DNA of 64,000 nucleotides from Blastocladiella emersonii ATCC 22665 (lineage: Eukaryota; Fungi; Blastocladiomycota), in contig JANHCV010000002.1 of assembly GCA_025594325.1 (NCBI GenBank), forward strand, positions 372,001 through 436,000, given 5' to 3'. Below the pieces are notes generated by a model. The model made no database searches, was not told the origin of the DNA, and worked only from the letters and a program-made list of their open reading frames with translations. Shown here piece after piece: positions 11,006 to 23,500 of this stretch. Positions within the stretch are counted from its first letter, which is position 1; each line of letters begins with the position of its first letter. The translations under genes and the position numbers were made by a program.

Positions 11006-13429
11006 ATGACCGCCCCGATCGCCGCCGCGGACCCACTCTTCCTGCTCGGCGGGCACACGGCCGACTCGCCCGCGGCTACGCCGCTGCGCGACGGCGACTA
11101 CCTGGCGGCGCTCGAGGCCGCGCTCGCGGTCCCTTCGATCGCCTCCGCCCTCACGCTCGACACCGCCGACTTTGACGCGACCCTGACCGCCATCGACTCC
11201 TCCGTCGCCGCCTCGCCCGCTCTCGCCGAGCACCTCGCCGCGTCGGCGCTGCTCGTGTACATCCAGCACAACTTCACCGGTCCCTTGGCCGACGACGCGG
11301 CGTCGCGGATCCCGGCCGCGCTGCAGCCCGGGACCACGCCCGCGTCGCTGTCGGCGGACGGCGAGGCCGTGTACCACAAGTCGGCCTTCGCGGGCCTGCT
11401 GGCGCTCGCGCTCGCCGTGTCGGCGGGCTACGAGGCGAACCCGCGGCTCGCGTGGTGGCACGCGCGCGCGCAGCGCGTGCGCCAGGCGCTGCTCGATAAC
11501 CCCGCCGAGAGTGTGCGGACCGCGGCGCTGCTGGCGCTGACGGCGGCCGAGGCCGGGTTTGCCGGTTTTGGGGAGGAGGATGATGAAAGTGTGCGCGACC
11601 TGCGGGCGGCGTGGCACGTGGAGCGCGCGCTCGTGTGGCAGGCGTACGGCGACGACCGCGAGGCGCAGGCCGAGCTCGAGCGCGCGGTCGCCAAGTCCGG
11701 GTTCGCGTTCGAGGTGTCGGGCCTGCTCGGCCGCCGCACCAAGTTCCAGGAGCGCAGTCTCACGCAGCTCGTGGTGCTGGCGCAGTCGCGCGACGCAGCG
11801 GCAGCTGCCCCCAACGACGCCGCGGCGCAGTCGGGCGTCAGCGACGTGGCGCTCAACGACGACACGCTGCTCGACAAGCCGTCGCTCGAGGGCGACACGA
11901 CACGCGCGACGCAGAATCTGCGTGTCGTCGACCAGTGCACGCTGCTCGGGTTCCTGCAGCACATCAAGGCGACGAACCCGGCCGACGAGATCACGGCCGA
12001 GCAGATGAAGCCGTTCGTGCTGCGTCTGCTGGAGAACCCCAACAACTGGACCGTGCACACGGTCGCGCTGCTCAACCGGTGCCGGCTCGAGAAGGCCAAG
12101 TCGCGGACCGTCGAGCGCGCCGTGATCCAGCTGCAGACGCTCGTGGACCAGATCGCGAAGCCGCACCGCGACCTCGACGACGAGCCCGCGTCGGCGCGGC
12201 TGGCGTGGTTCTTTGCGGTCAATTGCCCGTCGCGGTGGGCGCTCGAGGCCGAGCTCGCCGACGCGCTCATGTCGCTGGGCGTGGTCAAGTCGGCGCTCGA
12301 GATCTACGAGCGGCTCGAGCTGTGGGAGAAGGCGGTGCTGTGCCACATGATCACGGAGCGGCCCGACGCGGCCGAGAAGTTGCTGGTGCGGCTGCTCGAG
12401 GCCGAGCCCAAGGCGCCCAAGTACCTGTGCCTGCTCGGCGACGTGCGCGGCGACATTTCGCTGTACTACGACGCGTGGGAGGCGTCGGGCAACCGGTTCG
12501 CGCGCGCGATGCGGTCGCTCGGCCACCACTACTACAAGGCCGGCGAGTACGCCAAGTCGGTTGAGTGCTACATGAACGGGCTCCGCATCAACCCGCTGTT
12601 CCAGGACGCGTGGTTCGTGTGCGGGTGCGCCGCGCTGCAGACCGAGAACTGGGACGCGGCGGTCACGGCCTTCTCGCGGTGCACGGGCATGGACTACGAG
12701 AACGCCGAGGCGTGGAACAACCTGGCCACGGTCTACATCAAGCAGGCGCGCAAGCCCGAGGCGTTCACGGCGCTGCAGCAGGGGCTCAAGGCCAAGTACG
12801 ACAGCTGGAAGATGTGGACAAACCTGCTGTACCTGGCCGTCGACCTCGGGCGGCTCGACGACGCCATGAACGCCATGACGCGCGTGGTCGAGATCCGCAG
12901 CGCGTCATCGGGCAACGGCGACGCCGAGGCCGCGCGCCTGGTCCGCGCGGGCGCCGTCGACACAGAGATCCTCGCGATGCTGGTGCGCGCCATCATGCAG
13001 CTGCACGCCGAGAACCCGGTGCCCTTGCGCGTCGAGCGGCTGGCCGCGCTCGTCGACCTGTGCACCAAGGCGCCGCTCGTCGGCGGCGAGGTGTGGCGGA
13101 TCGCGGCCCAGTTCCACACGGCGCGCGGCCACCCGCGCGCCGCCATCGACGCGCACGTCCGCGCGTTCCGCACCGTGGCGCGCGACTCCTACGTCGACGA
13201 GCACGAGCTCGCCAACGCCGTCGAGGCCTTGGGGGATCTGTTCGACGCGTACCAGAACCTCGGCGACCGCACTGACCCCGAGTCGGGCGAGCCCGCGTGC
13301 GCCGACTGGGCGTACCAGATCAAGCTGGCGGTCCGCGGCGTGCTCGGCCGCGCCCGCGACTTTGACGGGACCGCGCCCCACGACAAGCTCGGCGAGATGC
13401 TCGAGGAGATCAAGGAGCTGTCACGCTAG
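11006..13429 (+). CDS. TTC27: TPR protein TTC27 / EMW1 (about 807 aa)
   Basis: Family motifs LGRRTKFQ...TQLVVLA, DDTLLDKP, NWTVHTVALLNRCRLE...RTVERA, plus C-terminal TPRs (ARAMRSLG, NPLFQDAWFVCG, NAEAWNNLA). ATG at 11006. Confidence 0.9.
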   Translation: MTAPIAAADPLFLLGGHTADSPAATPLRDGDYLAALEAALAVPSIASALTLDTADFDATLTAIDSSVAASPALAEHLAASALLVYIQHNFTGPLADDAASRIPAALQPGTTPASLSADGEAVYHKSAFAGLLALALAVSAGYEANPRLAWWHARAQRVRQALLDNPAESVRTAALLALTAAEAGFAGFGEEDDESVRDLRAAWHVERALVWQAYGDDREAQAELERAVAKSGFAFEVSGLLGRRTKFQERSLTQLVVLAQSRDAAAAAPNDAAAQSGVSDVALNDDTLLDKPSLEGDTTRATQNLRVVDQCTLLGFLQHIKATNPADEITAEQMKPFVLRLLENPNNWTVHTVALLNRCRLEKAKSRTVERAVIQLQTLVDQIAKPHRDLDDEPASARLAWFFAVNCPSRWALEAELADALMSLGVVKSALEIYERLELWEKAVLCHMITERPDAAEKLLVRLLEAEPKAPKYLCLLGDVRGDISLYYDAWEASGNRFARAMRSLGHHYYKAGEYAKSVECYMNGLRINPLFQDAWFVCGCAALQTENWDAAVTAFSRCTGMDYENAEAWNNLATVYIKQARKPEAFTALQQGLKAKYDSWKMWTNLLYLAVDLGRLDDAMNAMTRVVEIRSASSGNGDAEAARLVRAGAVDTEILAMLVRAIMQLHAENPVPLRVERLAALVDLCTKAPLVGGEVWRIAAQFHTARGHPRAAIDAHVRAFRTVARDSYVDEHELANAVEALGDLFDAYQNLGDRTDPESGEPACADWAYQIKLAVRGVLGRARDFDGTAPHDKLGEMLEEIKELSR

Positions 13430-14136
13430 AGATCATTTTCCGCAGTTGATGATGATGTAATACTAGTCTCCCTTTAGTTCTTCTCTCTATCGCGGTGCCA
13501 AAGCGGATGGGGCGGATGGAGGTGGCAGGCGGGGCTGCGGCGGCCGCTCATTGGCCGGCGCGAGCAATATGGGGCTATCCACCCCGGCCTCACCGTGGAG
13601 AGGCGACAAGGCGCGAGCTTGAAGGCGAGGCATGGCCGAACGAACGCCGCCAGCGCCGCCGCCGCCGCCGCGCCGTGGCCGAGCGTACAGCGCCGCCCCT
13701 GCCATAAGCCTTGCTCTCTTCCGACCCAGTCGTAGACGACGACGGCGTCAACCACTGCCAGCATCCATCTCCTCTGGGCCCTGCCCCCTCCTCACCTCGG
13801 GCCCGTGTGTCGTCACCACCACCGCCGCCGTCGCCTCCGCTCCCTCGCGCGACCGTGACGCCTCCTCCCTCGCGCGCGACGCAGCCCCGATTCCATTTGA
13901 TTCATCGCGCATCTCGCGGTGCAGCAGCAGAAGAGCGCGGATCCCGCCCCCACACGGCCCCGCACTCCCGCCCGTCGCCGCAAACGAGCACACGCCCGCG
14001 CTCACACGGGCCTCCGCTCCCAGCCGCCGCCGGCCGCCTCCGTCTCCGCCCGGTTCCGACCTTCGCCGACCCGACCGGCGCCCCACATCCACTCCACGCC
14101 TCCGGCATATCGCGATAACGGCGTGCACCCCCTGAT

Positions 14137-14167
<31 letters not shown>

Positions 14168-14210
14168 ACACACGTTTTTGCTGCGTCGCGTTCCCGCGCC
14201 CTTCGCCGTC

Positions 14211-15533
14211 ATGCGCGCCCTCGTCATCCCGTCGGACCCGCCCGTCACGTCGACCGACCCGAGCGTCAAGTCGCCGCGCGCGGTCCGCCGTGGCCCGAGC
14301 CCGCTCCAGACAAGCGCCGTCGTCCGCGCCACGTCGCCACTCTCGTCCGACGACGAAGAAGATGGATCGCATGCACCCGCCGCCGCCGCCGCCGCCGCGT
14401 TCGTGACGGTGCCGTCGCAGCGGGCGTACCACCAGCACCAGTACTACGCTCAACTGGGCCGCCCGACGCCGCCGCCGCTGCAGCTCGCCCCGTCGGGCGC
14501 CAGTGTGCAGCCGCCGTTCCCGTCGCCGACGCAGTCGCCGCACTCGCCGACGTACCTGGCCCCGCCACACTACCAGTACCACCCGCACCACGGCTACCTC
14601 CACCAGCACCCGCAGTACGCGTCGCCGGCGCCGCCGCCGTCCATCGCCGACCGCCTGCTGCGCGCGTCCAAGGCCAAGCTCGAGCGGCCGCCGTGGCGCG
14701 TGCGCATCCTCGTCGCGCGCGCCCTGACGTGGGCCGCCCATGCGACCGCCGCCGACGCGATCCCGGAGCTCGTCGATGCCCGCCTGCTCGGGCGCGTCAA
14801 CGAGCTGCACGCGATGCAGCAGCGCGTGTGGATGTTCCAGCAGCAGCAACAGCAGCAGTTTGCGTACCAGCAGCAGTACCAGCAGCCGCAGCAGCAGCAG
14901 GTCGTGTACCAGCACCACCACCACCAAGTTCCCGCGGCGCCGCCAGAACCGCCCGCGCTGCCCGCGCCCGTGGTGTCCGTGCCCGTGCAGGAGGAGGAGC
15001 TCGCGCTCGACGATATCCTCATGGAAGACGCCCTCGCCCCTCCGACCTCGACTACGACGACGACGACCGACGCCATGGACTTTGACTCGGACTCGGACGA
15101 CGGCGACTACATGCTCGACGACGACGAGGACGACGACGGGTACTCGACCTCCTCATCCTACGCCTACTCCGAGGCCGACGACGACGACCTCATGGACGTG
15201 GAGGACGACGACACGTGGGACGACACGCGCGCGCCGTCGGCGAGCCCGCGGAAACCCGCGGTGCACGACGACGGCGTCATGGACGCGTACCTCACGCACA
15301 TCTACGGGTCGCCAATACCGCCGCCTGCTGCCGCTGCTCCGCCACCGCTGTCGGGAAACTACCTCGCGGTGCACACGGCACCGCTCCCGCCGGCGCACTC
15401 GAACAAGCACCACCACCACCACCACCACCACCACCACCAGCTCCCGGCCGTCGTGGTCCCGCCGTCGCCCCCGCCGTCGCCGCCGAACGCCGGCCCGGGT
15501 GCATCGCTGCCCGTCGTGGGTGACGCCGCATAG
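14211..15533 (+). CDS. Hypothetical low-complexity protein (Pro/Gln/His/Asp tracts) sharing a ~55-aa motif with the neighbouring gene
   Basis: ATG at 14211, strong GC3 bias; motif SIADRLL.AS..KL...VRILV.RAL.WAA...LVDA.LLG is shared with 15706-16683. Confidence 0.7.
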   Translation: MRALVIPSDPPVTSTDPSVKSPRAVRRGPSPLQTSAVVRATSPLSSDDEEDGSHAPAAAAAAAFVTVPSQRAYHQHQYYAQLGRPTPPPLQLAPSGASVQPPFPSPTQSPHSPTYLAPPHYQYHPHHGYLHQHPQYASPAPPPSIADRLLRASKAKLERPPWRVRILVARALTWAAHATAADAIPELVDARLLGRVNELHAMQQRVWMFQQQQQQQFAYQQQYQQPQQQQVVYQHHHHQVPAAPPEPPALPAPVVSVPVQEEELALDDILMEDALAPPTSTTTTTTDAMDFDSDSDDGDYMLDDDEDDDGYSTSSSYAYSEADDDDLMDVEDDDTWDDTRAPSASPRKPAVHDDGVMDAYLTHIYGSPIPPPAAAAPPPLSGNYLAVHTAPLPPAHSNKHHHHHHHHHHQLPAVVVPPSPPPSPPNAGPGASLPVVGDAA

Positions 15534-15705
15534 CGCACTAGCACCTCGCTCTCCTTTCTCCCTCACTCGCGTATGATAATAACCCGTTCTTGCACACACG
15601 ATCCTCTTGTCTCTCGCACACACAATGGAAATGGCGCAAATAATGGGTTCTCTTGTTCGGTTGGTTGGTATAACAATATGGGGATCGGGATCAGGTACTT
15701 GCTCG

Positions 15706-16683
15706 CTAGCGCGGCAGCCGCGCAGAAGTCGCGGCGGCGGCGGGGGAGCGGCGCGGGTCGATGGGCGGCGACGGCGGCGGCGACGGCAGGTGGTGCGGCG
15801 ACGACGACGTGAAGGCCGAGGCCGCGGCGGCGTGCTGCTTCCAGTGCTGCAGCGGCGCGAGCGGCGGCGAGGGGAGCGGGATCGTGACGGCGGCCGTGGC
15901 CGTGGCCGCGTGGCCATGGCCAGCGGTGGACGATGGCCAGCCGCAGCGAGCTGATGCATCCTCGTCGGCGTCCGAGTCCACGTCCATGTCGCAGTCGCTG
16001 CCAGAGTCGCTCTCGTACTCGTCCTCGGACGACGAGCACCCGGCGTAGCTGCTCTCGGCGTCGCTGAGGTCGTCGTCCTCCTCCTCCTCGTCGCTGTCAC
16101 GCTCTTCTTCACTCGAACTCTCGTCGGCAGACCGCCCACCCCACCGCCGCTCCTCGCTCGCCTGCGCCACCATCATCGCCAGGACCCGCGGGCCCAGCAA
16201 CGTCGCGTCGACGAGCCCACGATCCGCGATCCCGCTCGTGACCCCCGCCGCCCACCGTAGCGCGCGCAGGACGAGGATGCGCACGTGCAGCGGGAGCGGC
16301 GGCAGCGCCGCGTCGCGCGGGTCGACGTGCCACTCGGCGTTCGTCGACGCCGCCATGGCCGCGGCGTGCGTCGGGCAACGGCGCAGTTTGCGGCTCGACG
16401 CGTGCAGCAGGCGGTCCGCGATGGACGCGGCCGCGGCGAGGGGCGCGGAGGTGGCGAGGCGCGCGGTCGGCGGGAGCGGGAGGAGCGTCGGCGAGTATGG
16501 CGGGAGGGTCGGCGACGGGAGCGGGTGGTGCTGGGTTGAGGAGGGAGAAGACGGGGTGGGAAGCGACAGGTGCACGGCCGACCGGCGGCGCGCGCCCAGG
16601 TGCGGCCTTGGCGAGGAGGGCGGCGCGATGGACATGGTGCTGCTGGTGCTGTTGCTGAGCGTCGCCGTTGTTGTTGATGGCAT
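15706..16683 (-). CDS. Hypothetical low-complexity protein, convergent paralog of 14211-15533
   Basis: Same SIADRLL/VRILV.RAL.WAA/LVDA.LLG motif, an acidic tract and SPPPSPP near the C-terminus. Confidence 0.65.
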   Translation of the reverse strand: MPSTTTATLSNSTSSTMSIAPPSSPRPHLGARRRSAVHLSLPTPSSPSSTQHHPLPSPTLPPYSPTLLPLPPTARLATSAPLAAAASIADRLLHASSRKLRRCPTHAAAMAASTNAEWHVDPRDAALPPLPLHVRILVLRALRWAAGVTSGIADRGLVDATLLGPRVLAMMVAQASEERRWGGRSADESSSEEERDSDEEEEDDDLSDAESSYAGCSSSEDEYESDSGSDCDMDVDSDADEDASARCGWPSSTAGHGHAATATAAVTIPLPSPPLAPLQHWKQHAAAASAFTSSSPHHLPSPPPSPPIDPRRSPAAAATSARLPR

Positions 16684-17670
16684 TGCAGGTTGAGGGAGCG
16701 AGAGAGAGAAGGAGCTCGGCGGCCGTCCGTGGTCGAGGATTGGCGCAACGGGGGGACCCGATAAGGGGAGCGGCAGCGATCAACGGGGCCGCGTGGGTGG
16801 TGCGGGAGACGTGTGAAAAGGGACGGCGGCGGCGGTGCAGACGGGACGTCGCGCAGGACGTCGCGCGAGCGTTCGTGTGCGCGCGCGGCCTGGACCGGGT
16901 CGGGTGAGGGATGGATGACGACGGCGGCGACGATGGACAGCAGAGAGAGCGAGCGGCCAGCGTGGGCCAACATCTTTCTTGAGAGTTGTCTCGCACCGCC
17001 TGTGCCGCCCGCGGGACACTTGTCTCGGGAACTGCCGGGCCGCGGCAAGTCGGCGAGATTCTCCCTCCCTCTCCTCTCCGTCTCCGCCGACTGCCGACCT
17101 GTGGGAGTGGGGCCTACGCTTGTGGCGCAGCGGCGCCGCTCCTCGGCCCGCCCTGCTTCAGCTTTACCCGCCGCTTGTAAAGCCCTCCGCCTGGTTACAG
17201 GAGCACCAGCGTCGATGGCGCAACACGGCCACCATCACCGTTGCGACCGACGTCCGTTCTGCCCGACGCCCGGTAATCAACGCGCGGGAGTGGGCAATCA
17301 AGTCAACGCGCTTGAAACGATTGGGGCCGCGGCGCTCCTCCGACTCGCGGCGACGGCACTGGTGCATGACGAGGGACCTGCAGCTGTGCGCTGCGGCACG
17401 CCCTTGTTCGCGATCCTTCTTCCACCGACTCCCGCAGCGCAGCGGCCTGCGTGGCAACTGACATCACCGACGGCCGTGGTCGATGGTCGCTGGCTGCCGC
17501 CCACGACGACGACGTCACTCCGGACTTCGGACGCGTCGGTACGGCCGGCCAGCGCCTCGGATCTCGGAGCCGCGGAGCATGAGGGACAAGGCGTGGCGTC
17601 ATCACGGATGAGCCGTTTCGGGACTGCTGCGCAAACCGTCGCGTCTCGAACAACGGCCCCGGCGCCGCCG

Positions 17671-17717
17671 CCGCCTCCGCCTCCGCCTCCGCCTCCGCCT
17701 CCGCCTCCGCCTCCGCC
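17671..17717. repeat. (CCGCCT)7+ hexanucleotide microsatellite
   Basis: Directly visible tandem repeat. Confidence 0.9.
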
Positions 17718-18387
17718 ACTCTCGAGGACGAGCACGCGCGCGCGAGGGAGAGAGGGATGCTCGAGTCCGACGTGTCGTTCTCGCGCTGGTCATGGCCGCG
17801 CGCCCTCGCGGGGGACCGTCACCGCGAGGCGCTCGTCTCGAGATCACGCCCAGCATCACGCTGGATGCTTCCGCGCGCGCGTGTCCGCGAGGAAGAGGTT
17901 CCGCTTGAGCGCCTGGTCCAACACGTCGAGCGCGGGAGCACAGTCCCATCACGCTGACGATCAATCAGCCCGCGCGTGAGTTCGAGTGCAAGCGAGCCTG
18001 GACTGACGCGTTTTCTCTTGCTATGCATTTGGCGATGCACCCTCCATCTCACGCAAAGGCCCGCCGTCGTCAAGGATCGCCGCAGGATCACGTCGGCCAT
18101 CAACGCGCGCTGCAACGAGTCCGGCCCGACGCGTTTTCCTTGCACGTCGTGACCGTGACCGTGGTCATAGTCTCGACCTCGCCGAGGACCGCCGTCGTGG
18201 GGCATGAGTCGAAAACACGCAGGATCGCGGTCAGATCACATCGGCCAACAACACACGCGTGTGCTCGCGCTGAATCACGTCTTCCCCACGCGCATGGCCG
18301 TGGCCGCGCGCCGTCGTCCTTCGAGCTCAAAGTGTCATGGGAGCCATGATCGACGCGCCAACCATGTTCATGGATAAATAACGGAAT

Positions 18388-20249
18388 CTACACGCCCACC
18401 TCACCCGCTTCCTCGGCCAGCACCCGCTCCGCAATCGGCCGCCACATCGCGGCGGGACTGACGGGGTTATACGGCACGAGCAGCATGCCCAAGCTGCGCA
18501 ACAACAGCGTCATACGGATCGGCAGCATGATCCACTCGGGGAACGCCATCATGGACTCGCGCGCGTCGGGCGCCTTGCGCAGCTTCTCCATGTTCCGCCA
18601 CATATCCCTGCGCGGCGCCGTGAGCATGACCGCCGCGATCTCGTACAGCGTGTTCGCATCGCTCGCGGGCGTCCCGACCCCGGCCTCGCGCAGCGCCGCG
18701 ACGGCGCCCGCACGGTCTTCGTCGGCGAGCGCGACGAACAGGCGCGCGAGGACATGTCGCTGCGCGGTTGTCAGCGCCTTGACCTGCCCGTAGTCGATGA
18801 GCCCGATCTCGCCGTGCCCGTCGACGGGCGACCGCGACAGCAGGATGTTGCCCGGGTGCGGGTCGCCGTTGAAGAAGCCGTCGACCAGCAGCTGGTGTCC
18901 GTGCACCGCGAACAGCGACGCGACGAGCGACTCGCCGTCGAGCGGCGGCGGCGCGACCACCGGGTACGACACGGCGAGGCGCGACGTCGCAGCGCCAACG
19001 GTGTGGTTCCACGCCCACGCGGCGTACCACCCGACGTACTGGTTCCAGTACATGTGCACGGCGCCGCGCGCGAGCGTCCGGTACGACGGCATCGCGGGCC
19101 CGCGTTGCGCAGCGGGAGCGCCGTTCGCGCCGTCGCGGGAAGGCGGAGGCGTCATGGCCGCGAGCCCACCGCGGCGCAGCTTGGCGGCCATGCCATCGGC
19201 CATGAACCCGTCGAGCGACATGCCCATGGCCTCGGCGAGCCCCGTGTAGTAGTCGAGGACGGCGTCGACGAGCTTGGTGCCCGGCAGCCGCTCCATGACG
19301 ACGACGCGGCCGTTGCTCAGTTCCTTGACGACGCGCGGGACCGCGACGCGGTGCTCCCGCAACAAACCCGCGCGGTCCAAGTTCGCGCGCACCGTCTCGA
19401 GCGACTCGGCCTCGCGCTTGAAATCGAATTCCGTGATGATCTGCTTGCGCATCTCGCGCAGAAACTGCAGCTGCTGCGGCTGAACCAGCGCGACAAACTG
19501 CTCGGCCGTCGTCAGGTCAATGTCGAACAGCGTCTCGGCGTCGGGGAACTGCAGCTTGACCACGACCTCGCGCCCGTCGCCCTTGAGCCGCGCGACGTGC
19601 GCCTGCCCGATACTCGCGGACCCGAGCGGGACCGGGTCGAATTCGGCAAACACCTCGTCGAGCGGGCGGCCCAGCGCCTCGGCGGCGAGCAACCGCGACT
19701 CGTCGGCCGTCAGCGGCGGCACCGCGTCCAGCAGCGACGCGAACGCGGCGCGGTACTGCCGCGGGACCACGTCCGCGCGCGTCGCGCACACCTGGCCGAA
19801 CTTGATGAACAGGCTGCGCAGGTCCAGGATCAGCGCTAGCGCAACGGGCGCGTACCGCTCGTGCAACTCGTCGAACGCCGCGTCCCGCTCGGGCTCCGCG
19901 GCCGCGGTCCAGTCCAGCTTGAATTGCACGTAGCGGTAGTGCGCGAGGATCGGCGCCACGCCTATGGCGAGGGTTACGACGTGAGCGACGGTCGGAGAAG
20001 CGGGAAAAGCGACGACGACGACGACGTACGGGTCCAGAACTGCGCGGGCCGCACGAGCCCCTTGACCGTCTTGCGGTACCACGGGTCCTGCTTGACCTCG
20101 TGCTGGTACGCCACGTACGCGGCGCCCACGACCGCCGTGTCCGCGACCACGCGGCCCGCGATGCCGGCGACGCGGCGGACTGCTGACCGGGACGGCGCCG
20201 CCGCGGCGGTCAGGGCCCGGGTTCGTGTGAGATGTAGCAAGGTGAACAT
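18388..20249 (-). CDS. ABC1/ADCK (UbiB-family) atypical protein kinase, probably mitochondrial (2 exons)
   Basis: Motifs FIKFGQ, PLGSASIGQAH, VVVKLQFP, FDFKREA, FNGDPHPGNILL and LIDYGQ. Intron 19962-20029 joins FWT-R-VAPIL. Presequence-like N-terminus from ATG 20249. Confidence 0.9.
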
Positions 20250-20515
20250 TACATGAGCTTCCGTGAGGATGAGGGAAGAGCGGGGACGCAAACCGGTGCG
20301 CTCGGCCTTGTTGTTGATGTCCGCGAGCAAGGGTTGGTCAGCGGATCAGCGATTCGCTCTTCCGCTCCCGCTGCACGCTTGTCCCGCACCTGCACGCCAC
20401 GCGTGTCGTGGTGGCACAGCACGATGGGAGACACCCAGGGATTTCACGCGCGCGAATACATGCAGCTATATTGTTGGTGGTGGGGGGGAGAAAAGAAGAG
20501 GCGAGGAGGGAATCA

Positions 20516-20538
20516 ACTACTACTACTACTACTACTAC
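20516..20538. repeat. (ACT)7 microsatellite between the WNK stop and the ABC1 start
   Basis: Directly visible. Confidence 0.85.
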
Positions 20539-20551
20539 CCGTAACCTACTG

Positions 20552-23500
20552 CTACGGGTTCGCTGGCGGCGGTGGGACCGGGACCGCGAGCGGGGCGAAC
20601 ACGCCGGCATTCACGGTCGTGGCGGGCGGCGTCGTCGGGTGGTGGTGCAGGACCACGGGCGCGGGGGCCGCGGGCGTCGGCGCGAGCGGCGGCCACTCGT
20701 CGCCGTGCACCGCCGCGTCGCACATGAGGTCGCTGACCGACATGGGCGCGTGCGGCTGCGCCTGGGCGTGCGGCGGGGACGTGCCGAGCACGCGCGCGGC
20801 GGCCGACGCCGTCGGCGTCATGGGCGGGTGCCGCGGCGTGAGCGGCGTCAGCGGGACCATCCCAGCGGCGGCGGGGACGGGCACCGAGACAAAAGGCACC
20901 GGCGAAACCGTCGCAGCCGGGAACGAGGCCGCGGGCGTCGGGAGCAGCGGCGCGGGGAGCGCCGTGGTCGAGCCTGATGCGCTCATGGGCTTGGCGGCCG
21001 CGAGGGACAGGCTGCTCGCGCTCGCGTTGGCGCTCCCACTCGCGCTCCCGATCCGCTTCCCGTCCTCGTCGAACCCGGACAGCGCGAGCGACTGCAGCTC
21101 CGTCAGCGTCCGCAGCAGCGTCTCCTGCTGCGCCACGCTGCCCGCGGCACCGCCGACCGAGTTGCTCCGGACGAGTGGCGGGAGTGTCACGGACGCGGCG
21201 CGCGCGATGAGGTCCGACGTCGGCGCGGACGACGCGACGGGGGCCGGAGCAATGGTCGCGGTGGGAGCCGGTACTGGCACCGCGGCGGGCGCAGCGGGCA
21301 CAGGGGCGGGCATGGACGATGGCGGGAGCTGGAACACGGCGTTCGCGGCCGTCGCCGCGGGGAGCGGCGGGACGGGCGGCGCGGCCGCGAGGTCGGGCGA
21401 CGCGGTTGCAGTCGTCGGCGTCGACGTCTGCGACTGCAGCCCGCGCCGGAACTGCGACACGTACGCGCCCTCGCCGGGACACGCGCGGTCGAGGATCCCG
21501 CTGCCCTCGAGCGACCGCGGGGTCGGCGATGCGCGCGCGACTGCGTCGGCCGACGAGGCGGTGGCGGGCGCGTCGGGTTGCGGTTGTGGCGGCTCGGACG
21601 ACTCGGGCGGCGTGGGCGGGAGGTTCGTTGGGTCGGAGTCGGCGTCGTCGTCGTCGTCGTGGTCTGGCGGGTCGGCGGGCTCGGGGTCGGGCACGGCCGA
21701 CGTCAGGACGTGCGGGTCAAACTCGTCGTCGGCGCCGGCCTCGGGCGCGTCGTGCCTTGGCGGCGACAGTGGCGGGAGGGCGAACTCGGCGTGCTCGTCT
21801 TCCTCCTCCTCTTCGTCCTCGTCGTCCTCGTCCTCGTCCTCTTCGGCCTCGCTTGCCGACCGCTCCTCGTCATCGAGCAACGCGCGCTCGCGCTGCATGA
21901 CGGCGATCCACGCCTCGAAGAGCGCCGGATCCACGACGACCTCGCCGACGCCCGACACCTCGTCGTCGCGCGCGATCCCGTTCGCCCCGTCGAGGACCAT
22001 TTCGCTGACCTCGTCGCCGTACACGACGTGGCGCATCATCGTCGCCATTTCGGCGCGCTCCGACGGCGTCAGGTCCTCGTGGATCACGCCCTCGCGGAGC
22101 ATCTCGCCGACAATCTCGGCCACCGTGTCGTAGACGAGGTGGAACGGGAACTTGACCTCGCGCTTCGTCGGTTCGGACCCGCACCACATGGCCATCTTGA
22201 GGGTCAGGGTGAACTCGGCCAGGTCGAGCGCCGTCACCTGCATCGTCAGGTGGAACGTGTCCCGGTCGCCCTCGGCGTGCGTCCGGAACGTGCCCTCGGG
22301 CGTGCCCGGCGGCGGCGGGGAGTCGGGGTGCTGCAGGTGCGCCGGCAGCGACGACGGTGTCCCGTCTTCGCCGGCGACCAGTGGTGGCGGTGGCGGCGGC
22401 GCGGACACGTCGATGGTCAGCGAGAGTGGCGGGACGGGCGACAGGAGCGACTCGGTGGCGGGGTCGACGACGATGGCCGCGGGCGGGGCGGGTGGTGGGG
22501 GTTGGACGGGCGTCGCGGCGCCCGATGCCGCGGGCGTCGTGGACGCGCCGGTGCCGACGTCGGGCGACCCGGCAGCGGCGAGCGGCGAGTCGGCGCCCGG
22601 CGCGAGCCCGACGAACGAGCCCGAGAGCGACGCGGGCTCGCTGGACGTGGCGGCGAGGGTGACGGCGAGGAACGGGTGGTCGAGGAGCTGCGCGGCGGAT
22701 GGCCGGAGGCGGTAGTCGTGCTGGATGCACAGGTCAATGAACTCGCGGGTCTCCGGGTCGGTGACCTTGGTCAGGGCGAGCGGCTTGACGCCGGTGGTGA
22801 CGCGCTTGTAGATCTGGGCCTGGTTGGTGCACTCCTGGTACGGGTACTCCTTGGTGACGAGCTCGAGGACGCACATCCCAAACGCGTAGATATCGACGCG
22901 CTCGTCGTACCGCTCGTCGTACAGCTCGGGGGCCATGAACTCGGGGGTGCCGAGGACCGACGAGATGTGCTCCTTGTTCTTGATGGTGGCGAGCCCGAGG
23001 TCGCCGATCTTGGCGATCCCGTTGTTGCCGTTGATGAAGATGTTGTCGCACTTGAGGTCGCGGTGGATGATGGGCGGGTCGCGCGAGTGCAGGTAGGCCA
23101 GGCCGCGCAGGATGTGCCGGCACAGGTTCTTGACGACCTTGGGCTTGAGGCGGCCTTTGGTCTTGCGGATGAAGGACTTGAGGGTGCCCGACGACATGAG
23201 CTCGGTGATGAAGTAGACGCGCTCGCGGCCGTCGGGGCCCTTGGCCGTCCACACGTGGAAGAAGTTGATGATGTTGTCGTGGTGCAGCAGCTTGAGCAGC
23301 TTGACCTCGCCAAAGATCTTGTGCACGTCCTTTTTCGACATGTAGTCGGTGCGCAGCTGGTTCCACGCCACCTCGACGCCCTCCTCCTGGTCGAACGCCT
23401 TGTACACCTCCTTGAAGGCGCCTACGGGACGGGGGTGACGGTGACGGGTGGTGGGGTCAGTCGTCCGGGTCCGTGCGCGAGCAGCACGACGACACGCAAC

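Noticed and set aside
16700-18380. Several 100-390 aa ORFs, including poly-Pro and (AE)n products of the CCGCCT repeat
   Set aside because: No consistent codon bias or recognisable motif; explained by GC content and the microsatellite.
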